A stretch of 64,000 nt of DNA, taken from NCBI RefSeq assembly GCF_004010195.1, contig NC_057718.1:50725018-50789017 (forward strand), given 5' to 3'. A program made the translations under genes and the position numbers. Every line of letters begins with the position of its first letter. Position 1 is the first letter of the stretch. Below, piece by piece: positions 41,101 through 53,426 of this stretch. The DNA comes from Chiloscyllium plagiosum (Eukaryota). The notes beneath the pieces were generated by a model. It made no database searches and was not told the DNA's origin. It saw nothing but the letters and a program-made list of their open reading frames with translations.

Positions 41101-44100
41101 CGGACTCGAATATGCACAGCAGCATGTACTCGAAAATACCCAGCAGCACAGACTGAATATACCCAGCAACACGGACTCGTATACACCCAGCAGCATGTAC
41201 TCAAATATATCCAGCAGCATGGACTCAAATATATTCAACTGCACTGACTGAATATACCCAGCAGCACGTACCCGAACATACCCAGCAGCACATCCTCGAA
41301 TATATCCAACAGCACAGACATAAATATACCGAGCAACACAGACACAAATTTACCCAGCAGCATGTATACTCAAATATACCCAGCAGCACAGACTCAAATA
41401 TATCCAGCAGCATGGACCCGAATATACCCAGCAGCATGTTCTCCAATATATCTAGCAGCGCGGACACAAATATACACAGTAGCACAGACACAAATATACC
41501 CAGCAGCACGGACTCGAATATACCCAGCAACACGGACTCGATTATACCCAGCAGCTCATACTCGAATATATCCAGCAGCATGTACTCCAATATACATAGC
41601 AGCATGGACTCGAATATACTCAGCAGCACGGACTCAAATATACCCAGCAGCATGGACTCGAATATACCCAGCAGCACAGACGCAAATATACAGTATCACA
41701 GACTCAACTATACCCAGCAGCATACACTCGAATATACGCAGCAACACGGACTCAATTATACCGAGCAGCACATACTCGAATATATCCAGCAGCAGGGACT
41801 CAAATATACTCAGCAGCATGGACTCGAATATACTCAGCAGCACGGACTCAAATATACCCAGCAGCATGGACTCGAATATACCCAGCAGCACAGACGCAAA
41901 TATACTCAGCAGCATGGACTCGAATATACCCAGCAGCACAGACTCAAATATACCCAGTAGCATGACTCGAATATAACTATCAGCAGCACGGACTCAATTA
42001 TACCCAGCAGCACATACTCGAATATACCCAGCAGCACGGATTCAAATATACTCAGCAGCACGGACTCGAATATACTCAGCAGCATGGACTTGAATATACC
42101 CAGCAGCATGGACTCGAATATACTCAGCAGCACAGACGCAAATATACTCAGCAGCATGGACACAAATATACCCAGCAGCACAGACTCGAATATACCCAGT
42201 AGCATGACTCGAATATAACTATCAGCAGCACGGACTCAATTATACCCAGCAACACATACTCGAAGATACCCAGCAGCACGGATTCGAATATACTCAGCAG
42301 CACGGATTCGAATATACCCAGCAGCATGGACTGGAATATACCCAGCAGCATGGACTGGAATATACCCAGCAGCACAGACTCAAATATACTCAGCAGCATG
42401 GACTGAAATATACCCAGCAGCATGTACTCAAATATACCCAGTAGCAGAACTCAAATATACCCAGCAGCACGGACTCGAACATACCCAACAACACGAACCC
42501 GAATATACCCAGCAACACGGGCTCGAATATACCCAGTGGCGTGACACGAATATACCCAGCAGCAGCACGGACTCAAATATGCCCAGCAGCACGGACTCGA
42601 ATATACCCAGCAGCAGGGATTCGAATATACCCAGCAGCACATACATTAATATACTCAGCAACACGGATTCGAATATACTCAGCAGCACGGACTCGAATAT
42701 ACTCAGCAGCATGGACTCGAATATACCCAGCAGCATGGACTCGAATATACCCAGCAGCACAGACGCAAATATACTCAGCAGCATGGACACAAATATACCC
42801 AGCAGCACAGACTCGAATATACCCAGTAGCATGACTTGAATATAACTATCAGCAGCACGGACTCAATTATACCCAGCAACACATACTCGAAGATACCCAG
42901 CAGCATGGATTCGAATATACTCAGCAGCACGGATTCGAATATACTCAGCAGCACGGACTTGAATATACTCAGCAGCATGGACTGGAATATACCCAGCAGC
43001 ACAGACTCAAATATACTCAGCAGCATGGACTCGAATATACCCAGAAGCACAGTCTCAAATATACCCAGTAGCATGACTCGAATATAACTGTCAGCAGCAC
43101 GGATTCAAATATGCCCAGCAGCACATACTTGAATATACTGAGCAAACCGGACTGGAAAATACCCAGCAGCACACACTCGAATATACCCAGCAGCACGAAC
43201 TTGAATATACCCAGCAGCACACACTCGAATATACCCAGCAGCATGTACTCGAATATACCCAGCAGCATAGACTTGAATATACCAAGCAGCATGGACTCGA
43301 ATACACTCAACAGCATGGACTCGAATATACCCAACAGCACGGACTCAAATATACCCAACAGCACGGACTCGAATATACCCAGCAATGCGGACTTGAATAT
43401 ACTCAGCAGCACAGACTCGAATATACCCAGCAGCATGTACTTGAAAATACCCAGCAGCACAGGCTGAATATACCCAGCAACACGGACTCAGATATACCCA
43501 GCAGCAGGGATTCGAATATACCCAGCAACACATACATTAATATACTCAGCAGCACGGACTCAAATATACCCAGCAGCAGAGACTTGAATATACCCAGCAG
43601 CATGGACTTGAATATACCCAGCAGCACGTACTCAAATATACCCAGCAGCATGGACTCAAATATGCCCAGCAGCATGTACTCAAATATACCCAGTAGCACA
43701 ACTCAAATATACCACGGACTCGAACATACCCAACAACACGAACCCGAATATACCCAGCAACACGGGCTCGAATATACCCAGTAGCATGACACGAATATAC
43801 CCATCAACAGCACGGACTCAAATATGCCCAGCAGCACAGACTCGAATATACCCAGCAGCATGTACTTGAAAATACCCAGCAGCACAGACTGAATATACCC
43901 AGCAACACGGACTCAAATATAATCAACAGCAGGGATTCGAATATACCCAGCAGCACATACATTAATATACTCAGCAGCACGGAATCAAATATACCCAGCA
44001 GCAGGGACTCGAATATACCCAGCAGCATGTACTCAAATATACCCAGCAGCACAACTCAAATATACCCAGCAGCACGGACTCGAACATACCCAACAACACG

Positions 44101-46170
44101 AACCCGAATATACCCAGCAACACGGGCTCGAATATACCCAGTGGCGTGACACGAATATACCCAGCAGCAGCACGGACTCAAATATGCCCAGCAGCACGGA
44201 CTCGAATATACCCAGCAGCAGGGATTCGAATATACCCAGCAGCACATACATTAATATACTCAGCAACATGGGCTCAAATATACCCAGCAGCATGTACTCA
44301 AACATACTCAGCAGCATGGACTCAAATATACTCAACTGCACTGACTGAATATACCAGCAGCACGTACCCGAACATACCCAGCAGCACATACTCGAATATA
44401 TCCAACAGCACAGACATGAATATACCGAGCAACACAGACACGAATTTACCCAGCAGCATGTATACTCAAATATATCCAGCAGCATGGACTCGAATATACC
44501 CAGCAGCATGTACTCCAATATACCTAGCAGCGCGGACTCAAATATACACAGTAGCACAGACTCAAATATACCCAGCAGCACGGACTCGAATATACCCAGC
44601 AACACAGACTCAATTATACCCAGCAGCTCATACTCGAATATACCCAGCAGCATGTACTCCAATATACCTAGCAGCACGGACTCAAATATACACAGTAGCA
44701 CAGACTCAAATATACCCAGCAGCACAGACTCAAATATATCCAGCAGCACAGGCTCGAATATACCCAGCAACACAGACTCTATTATACCCAGCAGATCATA
44801 TTCGAATATACCCAGCAGCACGGATTCGAATATATTCAGCAGCACGGACTTGAATATACTCAGCAGCACGGACTCAAATATACCTAGCAGCACAGACTCG
44901 AATATACCTAGCAGCACAGACTCGAATATACTCAGCAGCATGGACTCGAATATACCAAGCAGCATGGACTCGAATATACCCAGCAACACTGACCTGAATA
45001 TACCCAGCAACATTAACACGAATATACCCAGCAGCGGAGACCTGAATATACCAAGCAGCACGGACATGAATATACCCAGCAGCACGGATTCGAATATATT
45101 CAGCAGCACGGACCTGAATATACTCAGCAGCACGGACTCGAATATACCTAGCAGCACAGACTCGAATATACCTAGCAGCACAGACTCGAATATACCTAGC
45201 AGCACAGACTCGAATATACTCAGCAGCATAGACTCGAATCTACCCAGCAGCATTTACTCGAAGATACCAGCAGCACAGTCTTGTGGTGGAGGTGGCAGAG
45301 GTATGTTTGGGTTCCTGCCAACATCTGCATCCGGCACAGATTCATGGAGATGGTGTTGGATGTGAGTTTGGGCCCAGTACATGATCCTTTGGTATCTGCA
45401 CCAGCTGCATTGCAGGGTGGGCCCAAAGTGGACTCTTGGCAGGGGTGGAGTTGTATTTGGGCTGATGCCGTATCCGACATCATCTGTAACATCTGCATTG
45501 GCAAGGTCTGTGAAGGACTCACAGTGGCAAGTGCACTGGTGTAGGTGAATTGACACAGAAGCGTGGCAACGTTCGTTCCAGCAGTGGCAGCGCATTGAAA
45601 CAGACTCATACTGGACACCAAGCCCATGGCCCATGATGGAGCACTTAACAAGGATTGTAATGTTGGACATTTTTTCATTATTTCTTTATTTTTCTGCCTT
45701 TATGTTCCATATTTTGGTTTATTTTTCTGTGTTTTAAGATGGTGCCAGAGAGTGGCGACACTTTCCAACACTTTCTACTATATTTTGTAACAAGATACAT
45801 GTGACAATATACAAATCAAATCAAATCTACAAGATGACTACAGTAATTTATCAAGCCTCCTTCAACAGCACCTTCCAAATCCTCGACTTCAATAACCTGG
45901 AAGTTCAAGGGTAGTGTTTGCATGGGAACACCAACACCTGCACATTGTCTCCAAGCTGCACACAGCCCTGACTTGGAACTATCAATGATCCTCCTTCACT
46001 GACACTACGTCTACATCCTGGAGATCCCTTTGTCACAGTATACCACAGGTATAGATCCCTTGCCAAGGATATTAGTGGCAGATCATCACAACCATCATGG
46101 CAGTGAGGAGTGAGAAATATATGCTCGCCCAGCCAGTGATGCCCACATTCTGTGAATTATTAAAACAAAT

Positions 46171-46345
46171 AGTCCAAAGATGTGCAGGTTAGGTGAATTG
46201 GCCATGCTAAATTGCCCGTAGTGTTAGGTGAAGGGGTAAATGTAAGGGAATGGGTCTGGGTGGGTTGCTCTTCGGAGGGTCAGTATGGACTTGTTGGGCT
46301 GAAGGGTCTGTTTCCACACTGTAAGTAATCTAATCTAATCTAATC
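46171..46345 (+). mobile_element. HE1-type SINE 3' half
   Basis: agtccaaagatgtgcaggttagg...gtaagtaatctaatctaatctaatc. Confidence 0.9.
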
Positions 46346-48543
46346 AAAAATAGAAAATGTATCCGACAGTTTTAGAATTAGAGACTTGGGAAAGATCCAA
46401 ACAATTCACCTTAATAGTTATCAAAGAAACACAAGATTAAAATTTTGTTTATAATCTAAGTAACTCCACAACTGACAACCATAAATCACTTAACTCACCT
46501 CCATCACCACCTGACCATACCCAAATACCACTTGATCATTTGATATCAAGGCACCCAACACAGAGAATTCAGATACATCCTGTATTGTTATAAGACTAAC
46601 CTTTAAATACTTACCAGCATATGGCAGCTAATGCCATAAAGAGGGTCCTCTCTTCTTCCAACTCTACCACTCTCCATTAGAAGTTCCTTAGCAGATACTG
46701 TGTTGCTCATTTCTGTCATACCTGGGACTAAAAGATCCCAGAAGACGGCTTCAGTGGTATTGGGCTCAACAAAAATCATTGGGTAATGACAATATATACA
46801 GTATTGTCACTGACCCAAAGATTAAGGCCATTTTAACTGAAAGTTAAAAGGGAGAGAACTCAACTTTTTTAGAGGGAAAATACAACACTACAAAATTCTT
46901 CCATTATTATAATGATCAGATAGTTGTCAAAATACCAAAACTCTTTAAAGAAGCAAAATGAACTGAAACTGAAGACGAATAAAAATATTGCAAATGGCTA
47001 AATAATGACTTCCTGGATGCATTCGCTAGAGAAAACACTAGTGATATTTTGCTAGTCACAGTAGATTTCAAAATTAAACTTAACAACCCTGATTTTTAAA
47101 GGTGCTGCACTGCCAGAAGACTGTAATGGGATAAAGATCGTTCAGAAAATTGACCACAAAGGACCATGTAATTTATTCATAATTCACTGCACATTATACC
47201 AAAATGAAACAGAAGAGGAAACAAGAATAAACTGATGGTATCTGCCAGGCTCAAATAAACTCATAACAAAATTATTAGGCGAGCAACAAATCTCTCCTCC
47301 ATTCTGAGCTCAAAAAGCTTATGAGTGACTGCATGTCCATGCCCAATTTGTTTGTGGTTAGTAAAACATGACATTGATCCATCTATCTCTTTGTATGATT
47401 GCAGTGCCATGGCCTTCACATCTAGTGTCAGTCCCCTCTTAAAGCTAGTAGTGAGCTCTAATACACAGCATGGAGCACTCGTGACTTTGGTCTTTCTTAA
47501 CACCAGCATGTCCCTAAAAGAAAAGATGAAGTAAATATTTCTGCAGTGAAAATTCTTGCAAGTTGGGCACAAAGGAGGAGAGATGTTGTGGTCCCACAGC
47601 TGGATGTTGGGGTGAAACAAAATTCCTCATGAGGAAATTGGATCTCGTCATCAAGGAAGTTGCCCTTCTGGAATCTGCGATCTAAGGGTCCACTGGGAGT
47701 TTCACAAGAAGTCTCTTGACCTCACAGTTGTGGTCAAGATCACTGATTTGCATCATCTCATTTCCAAATTATTACCCTCCTACTCCACCAACTGATAAAT
47801 TACTAACACCCACCTGAACCCCACAAAGAACCTGGGTAACCTCCAATAACCTGACTACCATCTCACGTATTGGTGCACCTAATCCACCTATTTCCTCACC
47901 AGCCTCCCTTTCCATCTGCCTCCTGACCCACCTACCGCCTCATCCACTCTACCTACCGACTCACCAATCTCATTCATCCTACCTATTTCCAAACTTACTT
48001 CACCAATGTCAGCTCATGTTACCACCCTACCCATTCACACATTCATCTGCACAACAATTCACCGAGATTCACGCTTTCACTAACATTTCTACTGGACCTT
48101 CAAGATTATGTTAGAGCAGCGGGTGTCATAAAAAGAGGCTGTACTCTATTGTTCCCCAATGCTACAGTTCTGTGATAGATTGCACAGGATGCTGCAGTGC
48201 ACAATTCTAGGCTCTGACTACAGTGCAAGGAATGAGAAGCAATGTTGCGGCAGGGAAGGTTTAAGTGATGATTGTTGCTGCTTGTCAGAAAGTCCATACC
48301 ATTTTGGGAATAAATGAATGATCAAGTTCTGGCACACGGATTTCAAGATTGTCAAAAGTGAAGTGATCAAAGTTGAACATAAACGAGAGAACAGAGTATT
48401 TTTAAATGATGAGAAACTAGAAACAGAAGATGTCTAAAAAAATATGTGGGTCTACATATCATTAAAATGCTGTCAACATATACAGAAAATAATCAAAAAG
48501 CCGAATGGAATGCCATTGTAGAAAGAAGAATAGACCACAAATA

Positions 48544-48668
48544 GCCCATTGTGTTAGGTGAAGGGGTAAATGTAGGGGAATGGGTCTGGGTGGGTTGCGC
48601 TTCGGCTGGTCGGTGTGGACTCGTTGGGCTGAAGGGCCTGTTTCCACACTGTAAGTAATCTAATCTAA
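48544..48668 (+). mobile_element. HE1-type SINE 3' fragment
   Basis: Near-identical to 46214-46335; (taatc)n tail. Confidence 0.88.
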
Positions 48669-48763
48669 TAGGTAAAAGACATGCTTCAGTTATACAAAAC
48701 CTTGGATGGACTACACCTGAAAACTGCAGACTTGTCTGGGTGCTGCAATTTAGAATGGATATA

Positions 48764-48937
48764 CAGAGGAAACTCAATTATCCGGCATTTGATTATCCGA
48801 ATATTGGATTATCTAGCAAGATCGCAAGGTCCCGATGCTTCGATAAACTACGTTATCCTGCATTCAGTTGTCCAGAATTTCATTAACTGAATGAAATATT
48901 CTCTGCCCGTGTCCTTTGAATAATCGAGGTTCCTCTG
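48764..48937. mobile_element. 174-bp MITE of the Tc1/mariner superfamily (Tigger/pogo-like)
   Basis: TIRs cagaggaaactcaattatcc / gaataatcgaggttcctctg with TA on both sides; the host CR1 reads through when it is removed. Confidence 0.85.
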
Positions 48938-50951
48938 TATTGGCCTTTGAGGGAGTGTAGCACAGATCCAATTACACAAACCAGGGTTGTGTTCTACGGA
49001 ATTTATAAGGTTAAAAGATGAATTGATCAAAATTTCTAACGTATAGAGGAATAGGAAGGGAGATTCATGAGAAACAAATCCCCATACTGGGGATTCCAGG
49101 ACCCATGGCATCACTGGGGACCTAGCTTTCAGTGCAATTCTTCCAGTAAAAAATGATAGAATCTTGGAACACCCTTCTGCAAATGGCAACAGATGCCAGA
49201 TTATTTTTTAAATTTTAACTTAAGTATGACACACTTTAGCTATCCAACAGTATTAAGGAATTTAGAGCAAAGTCAATTATGTGAAGTTCCTCCAGAGATC
49301 AGCCATGATCTGATTGAATGGTGGAGTAATTTAGAAAGGTTAAAAGGAAAACTGAACAAAAAAAAGCACTTTGTTTTCTCACCAAAGTTGGCAAGTGGCA
49401 CAATCCTGGAGATTGTAATTAGTCATTGAAGGCTCAGAACCTGAGATGAGGAAAGGCTTGCAGATGAGACGGAACGAGGGCATATGAGCCTGGAACATTC
49501 AAGTGTTGAAAAAATGGCTGCACCAGTGACCTCATTTAGTTTTGAAATAGAACTATGCACTGAAGTTGAGCATCCCACATTATGTTCCTACTGCCCTTCA
49601 ATGGGCAAAGTGCTGACAATATTAAATAAGAATTATTTATCTGTTTCATGTGCAGGTAGATAGCACAAAGACTAATAGAGCAGTGAAGCCAGAGTGAATA
49701 GGATGCTGCCAGGTTGTGCCTATATTGTCTGCAGATGTCTTTATAGGAAATCTCGAAGCGTTTTAATGCATTTCCTGTTGACCCAGAGCTTGTAAAGTTA
49801 ATTGCCCTTGGTTACTGCCAGACTAGTGTGCCAATTCCTGCAGTTATAAGTGTTGAAATATGGCAGCTGTGACCAGTGAAGCTGAAGTGCCTGGAGATCT
49901 CTCTGGGGGCGTGTCTTTTTGAAATCTAATAGCATAAATTTTTTTTTGAATTGCAAGCCTTCACAACTGTCTCATCTAAAGTTGGCTTTTATGAGTTCTT
50001 GGAATTCCAACTCTCATGAATAAGAGTTTATTTGACTTCTGGTAGCATTACTTTCCATCATTTGTAACAAGAAATGCTGCTTGAAACTTTGTTTAGCTAG
50101 ATTAGAAAGTTATATACTTGGCTTTGTCTAGTTAATTTTCTTCATGAACAATATTGTTAATTTTTGACAAGCCTCTGGATTCAGTAGCTCCCTTTGTTGT
50201 ACTTTAAAACTATAGGCTACGTTGTCATTAGTGAATATAATAAAATGAATTACCACAATAATTATATATCGTTCTTATGCCTTTCCAAAACATTCAAGAT
50301 TTTAAAATTTTTTTTAAAACTGCAATATCAATAAAGAAAGAGGCATTCTTATCATTTACTCTGAAAAACAATAATGTGTCCCCTTTTCACAGCTCCATTT
50401 TGTTTGGATACCTACTTGCTTTCATTTTTTAAAATCTGGCACAAATTGGTACAAAACTATGCAGAATATTCATTTTAAAATATTGCAATAATTTCTGGGG
50501 CCCCCTCACAAAGCAAAGACATAACATGTATGAGACAGCTCCAATGTGTAAAATGCAGGCAGCTGGGAAACCACAAGCAGAATGAATCAGGTGCAGTCTA
50601 TAACTAAGGGTAATTTTCTGATCTCCTCTGCACATCCTGCACCTGCACAACTGATGAGAAAATCTACCCTTAGGCATTTTCCCAGTGGGGCTGTGGAAAC
50701 TGAAGAGCAAATTAATGTTGACCATATCCTTCCTAGAGCCAGTCACTGTGAGTCTTTGATAGGAGCCTGGTGGTAAGTTATTTGTTGACTCAGTTGTTGG
50801 CTGAAATAAACATTAAGAATAAGTACTAGAAACGATTTCTCTTTAGTCATAATGGCCTGCATTTTCATCCACGAAGTTGGTGGTGAGCGTCAAGAAAATC
50901 TGTTTGTGCATCAGCCGTGAGGAAGAGACTTGACAAAATCTCAGGACTCTG

Positions 50952-51285
50952 TGGGGTGGCACAGAAGTCAGCACTGCTGCTTCATAGCAGCAGGGACCCA
51001 GGTTCAATTCCAACTGACTGTGTGGAGTTAACACATTCTCCCCGTGACTGCGGGGTTTCCTCTGTGTTCTCCAGCTTCCTCCCACGTCTAAAGATGTGCA
51101 GGTTAAATAGATTGGCCATGCAAAATTGCACACAGTGCCCAGGGATGTGCAGGCTAGGTGGATTAGCTAAGAGAAATTCAGGGATGTAGGGTGGAGGGGG
51201 GTTGGTTCTGGGTGGGATGCTGTTCATAAGATTGTTGTGGACTCAATGGGCTGAAGGGACTGCTCCCACTCTGTAGGGATTCTGT
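50952..51285 (+). mobile_element. HE1-type SINE, diverged
   Basis: cagcactgctgcttcatagcagcagggacccaggttcaattcc head; gggctgaagggactgct...ctgtagggattct tail. Confidence 0.85.
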
Positions 51286-51654
51286 CACCCTGCACGCATA
51301 TCCTTAATGTTCTCCCACATGTCTTTTTCAATTTCAAGTGGATGCATCCAAAATGATTCATCAATCACCATGGCATTAACAGATTAGCTTCATTTTTCAC
51401 CCTAAGGGAGCAACTGACAGGATTCTATGAACTCAAATACCATTTTGAGTTGCTAACACACAAGAACAGTACCCTCAGTAAATGTTGCCAACCTCCAGGA
51501 TTGCCCTAAAATCTCCAGCAATGAACAAAGAGATTGTTTGGATGCAAGAGTTCACATGATGAACACTACACCCAACATACAACAGACCCCTGTTCCAACA
51601 GTATCAGTTTCGGCAAATACACATGGTAACGTTTCAGGGTGACATTGAGCAGCA

Positions 51655-51783
51655 GCATCCTGAAGAAGGGCCTGTGCCCGAAACGTCGAATCTCCTGTTC
51701 CCTTGATGCTGCCTGACCTGCTGTGCTGTTCCAGCAATAAAGTTTCAACTTTGATCTCCAGCATCTGCAGACCTCACTTTCTC
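51655..51783 (+). mobile_element. Penelope-like terminal-repeat insertion
   Basis: 12-bp target duplication cattgagcagca (51643-51654, 51784-51795); terminus ccagcatctgcagacctcactttctc. Confidence 0.85.
51660..51687 (+). ncRNA. Minimal hammerhead ribozyme core motif
   Basis: CUGAAGA-A-GGGC-CUGU-GCCC-GAAAC-GUC. Confidence 0.68.
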
Positions 51784-52041
51784 CATTGAGCAGCATCACA
51801 CAACAAGAACTCTTACTCATTCGTGTGCTTTATTCATTGTGAGGACTGAATTCCCAGAGAAAAGTTGTGAGTGAATCTCCTGGGATAAATGTACTGAGGT
51901 TCTGCAACTAGGAGAATCCAGGAGACTGAATGTCAGCGAGATACCCTATACCCAATGGGTAAAAGCAACTCTCCTGCCCTTATTGGGACACAATGAGGAA
52001 TATCGATGAACTTGGAATTTCAGGCAATTTTTGAGGCGTTG

Positions 52042-52372
52042 GGCAGGAGGCTGGAAGAACACAGAAAGCCAGTCAGCATCAGGAGATGGAGAAGTCAACA
52101 TTTTGAATGTAACCCTTCTTCAGAACCCAAAGCATTGACGTCTCCACCTTCTGATGCTGCCTGGCTTGCTGACTTCTTCCAGCCTCCTGTTTGTCTTACC
52201 TTGGATTCCCGCATCCAAAGTTTTTTTGTCTCTAACCAAGCTTTGAAGGGTCACCAATGGACTTGAAACATTAACTATTTTTCTCTCTCCACAGATGCTG
52301 CCAGCCTTGCTCAGTTTCTCCTGCATTTTCTGTTTTTATTTCAGTTTGCCAGGAGCTACAGTACATTACTTT
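52042..52372. mobile_element. Two adjacent Penelope-like terminal-repeat remnants
   Basis: Fold-back caggaggctggaagaa...ttcttccagcctcctg, then gaagggtcaccaatggacttgaaacattaact...ccacagatgctgccag. Confidence 0.7.
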
Positions 52373-53234
52373 AATTACAATGAAGCACATACGTGGTTGC
52401 ACTATTCACAGCTGGGTCACGTGACTGAAGGATGGACCACTGCTAACAATGTTCAGTGACATTGGTAAGAACATGACTGTATTTTTAACCCATCATTCAA
52501 TGGCCGCTCAACAAGTCTAAGACAATACATTGATTTTTTGGTGTACTGACAAACATTAGAAAAACGATATTTAGCAGCATAAGAAATAACAACCCTTGTG
52601 AACCCATCAATGACTAAACCAACAAAGTGTTCCAGGTGTGCGAACACTCCTTCTTGGTGCTTCCTTCCTCATATTGGCTTGGAGGGGGATCAATGTGGGC
52701 TGCCTCGTCTCTCCCTGTCTGTACAGCATTCAACTGCTATGTGGCAAAGTGCTTTGACTAGGTGCCCATAGCAGACCAACCTGAAATTATGGGATCTGCA
52801 ATGTTGTAAGGGTGGTCCAACCTCACTGGAACACATAACAAAGGTGGGAACTCTGATGAAGGAGCTGGGGAAGCTGGGGAAAGTAAATGTGCCCACAACA
52901 GTCTCATCCTCCTCTGCCTTCAGTTTGAATTCTGCAGGTTGCACTGGGTGAGAATTGAGGGCACGCCGGGAAACATTCCAGTGAGAATGGAGGACAAGCT
53001 CAGACTCCAAATGGACTGCTCCAGGCTACAATGTGAGACTTCTATCCTTTGTAGGAATTTAACTTGCTCTTGTTTTCACTTGGGGTGAAGCTGTGTGTGT
53101 GATTCTCTGTCAGGTTGGTAATTTTCTCATGATTGAAGTTCATGTATTTGAGGCCCCAAGACAAGATTGCGTTTGTCACAGTGATGGACATCTCCACTCA
53201 CAGTTCATGAGTACATTTGGCCTCAGGCAATGCT

Positions 53235-53426
53235 GGAGAAAGTGAGCACTGCAGATGCTAGAGGTCAGAGTCGAAGAGCATGTTGCTGGAAAAGTACAGC
53301 CAATAAGGCAGCATCCGAGGAGCCAGGAGAGTCGACATTTTGGGCATAAGCCCTTCATCAGGAATGAGGCTTGTGGGTCTGATAAAGGGCTTATGCCTGA
53401 AACCTCTGCTTGACTCTCCTGCCCCT
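53235..53426 (-). mobile_element. Penelope-like fold-back remnant
   Basis: Same terminus as 28829; decayed hammerhead cores on minus (53334-53361) and plus (from ~53379). Confidence 0.8.

Larger units (their letters stand above)
35665..45277. repeat. ~9.6-kb tandem array of a 24-bp unit (consensus GCAGCACGGACTCGAATATACCCA), roughly 390 copies
   Basis: Directly visible periodicity; occasional shorter and longer unit variants; copy number estimated from length. Confidence 0.98.
35480..45827 (+). mobile_element. Non-autonomous element with Rex1/Babar-like tail (copy B, hosts the minisatellite)
   Basis: aagatggcgg at 35495, ggcttctgagccc, atgggcccagca [array] gtcttgtggtgg, gcccatggcccatgatg, gtgacaatatacaaatcaaatcaaatc; all shared with 4891-5653. 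Confidence 0.8.
34812..46165 (+). mobile_element. Old CR1-like LINE 3' half, split by nested insertions (34812-35479 and 45825-46165)
   Basis: Decayed GVPQGS / FINDL-like region near 34870-34920; left break cagtgtacc and right restart atctacaagatg join into a contiguous LINE sequence. Confidence 0.75.
48330..49345 (+). mobile_element. Decayed CR1 3' fragment with nested insertions
   Basis: MLQLYKTL motif at 48681; gatcagccatgatctgattgaatggtggag tail near 49300. Confidence 0.7.

Noticed and set aside
35665..45277. CRISPR array
   Set aside because: Units are head-to-tail with no unique spacers, there are no cas genes, and the context is vertebrate.
35610..45365. Ser/Asp-rich (DSPP- or mucin-like), Cys-rich or membrane repeat protein genes
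   Set aside because: ORFs appear on all frames and both strands, off-length units break the frames, there is no signal peptide or unique domain, and the flanks are a retroelement.
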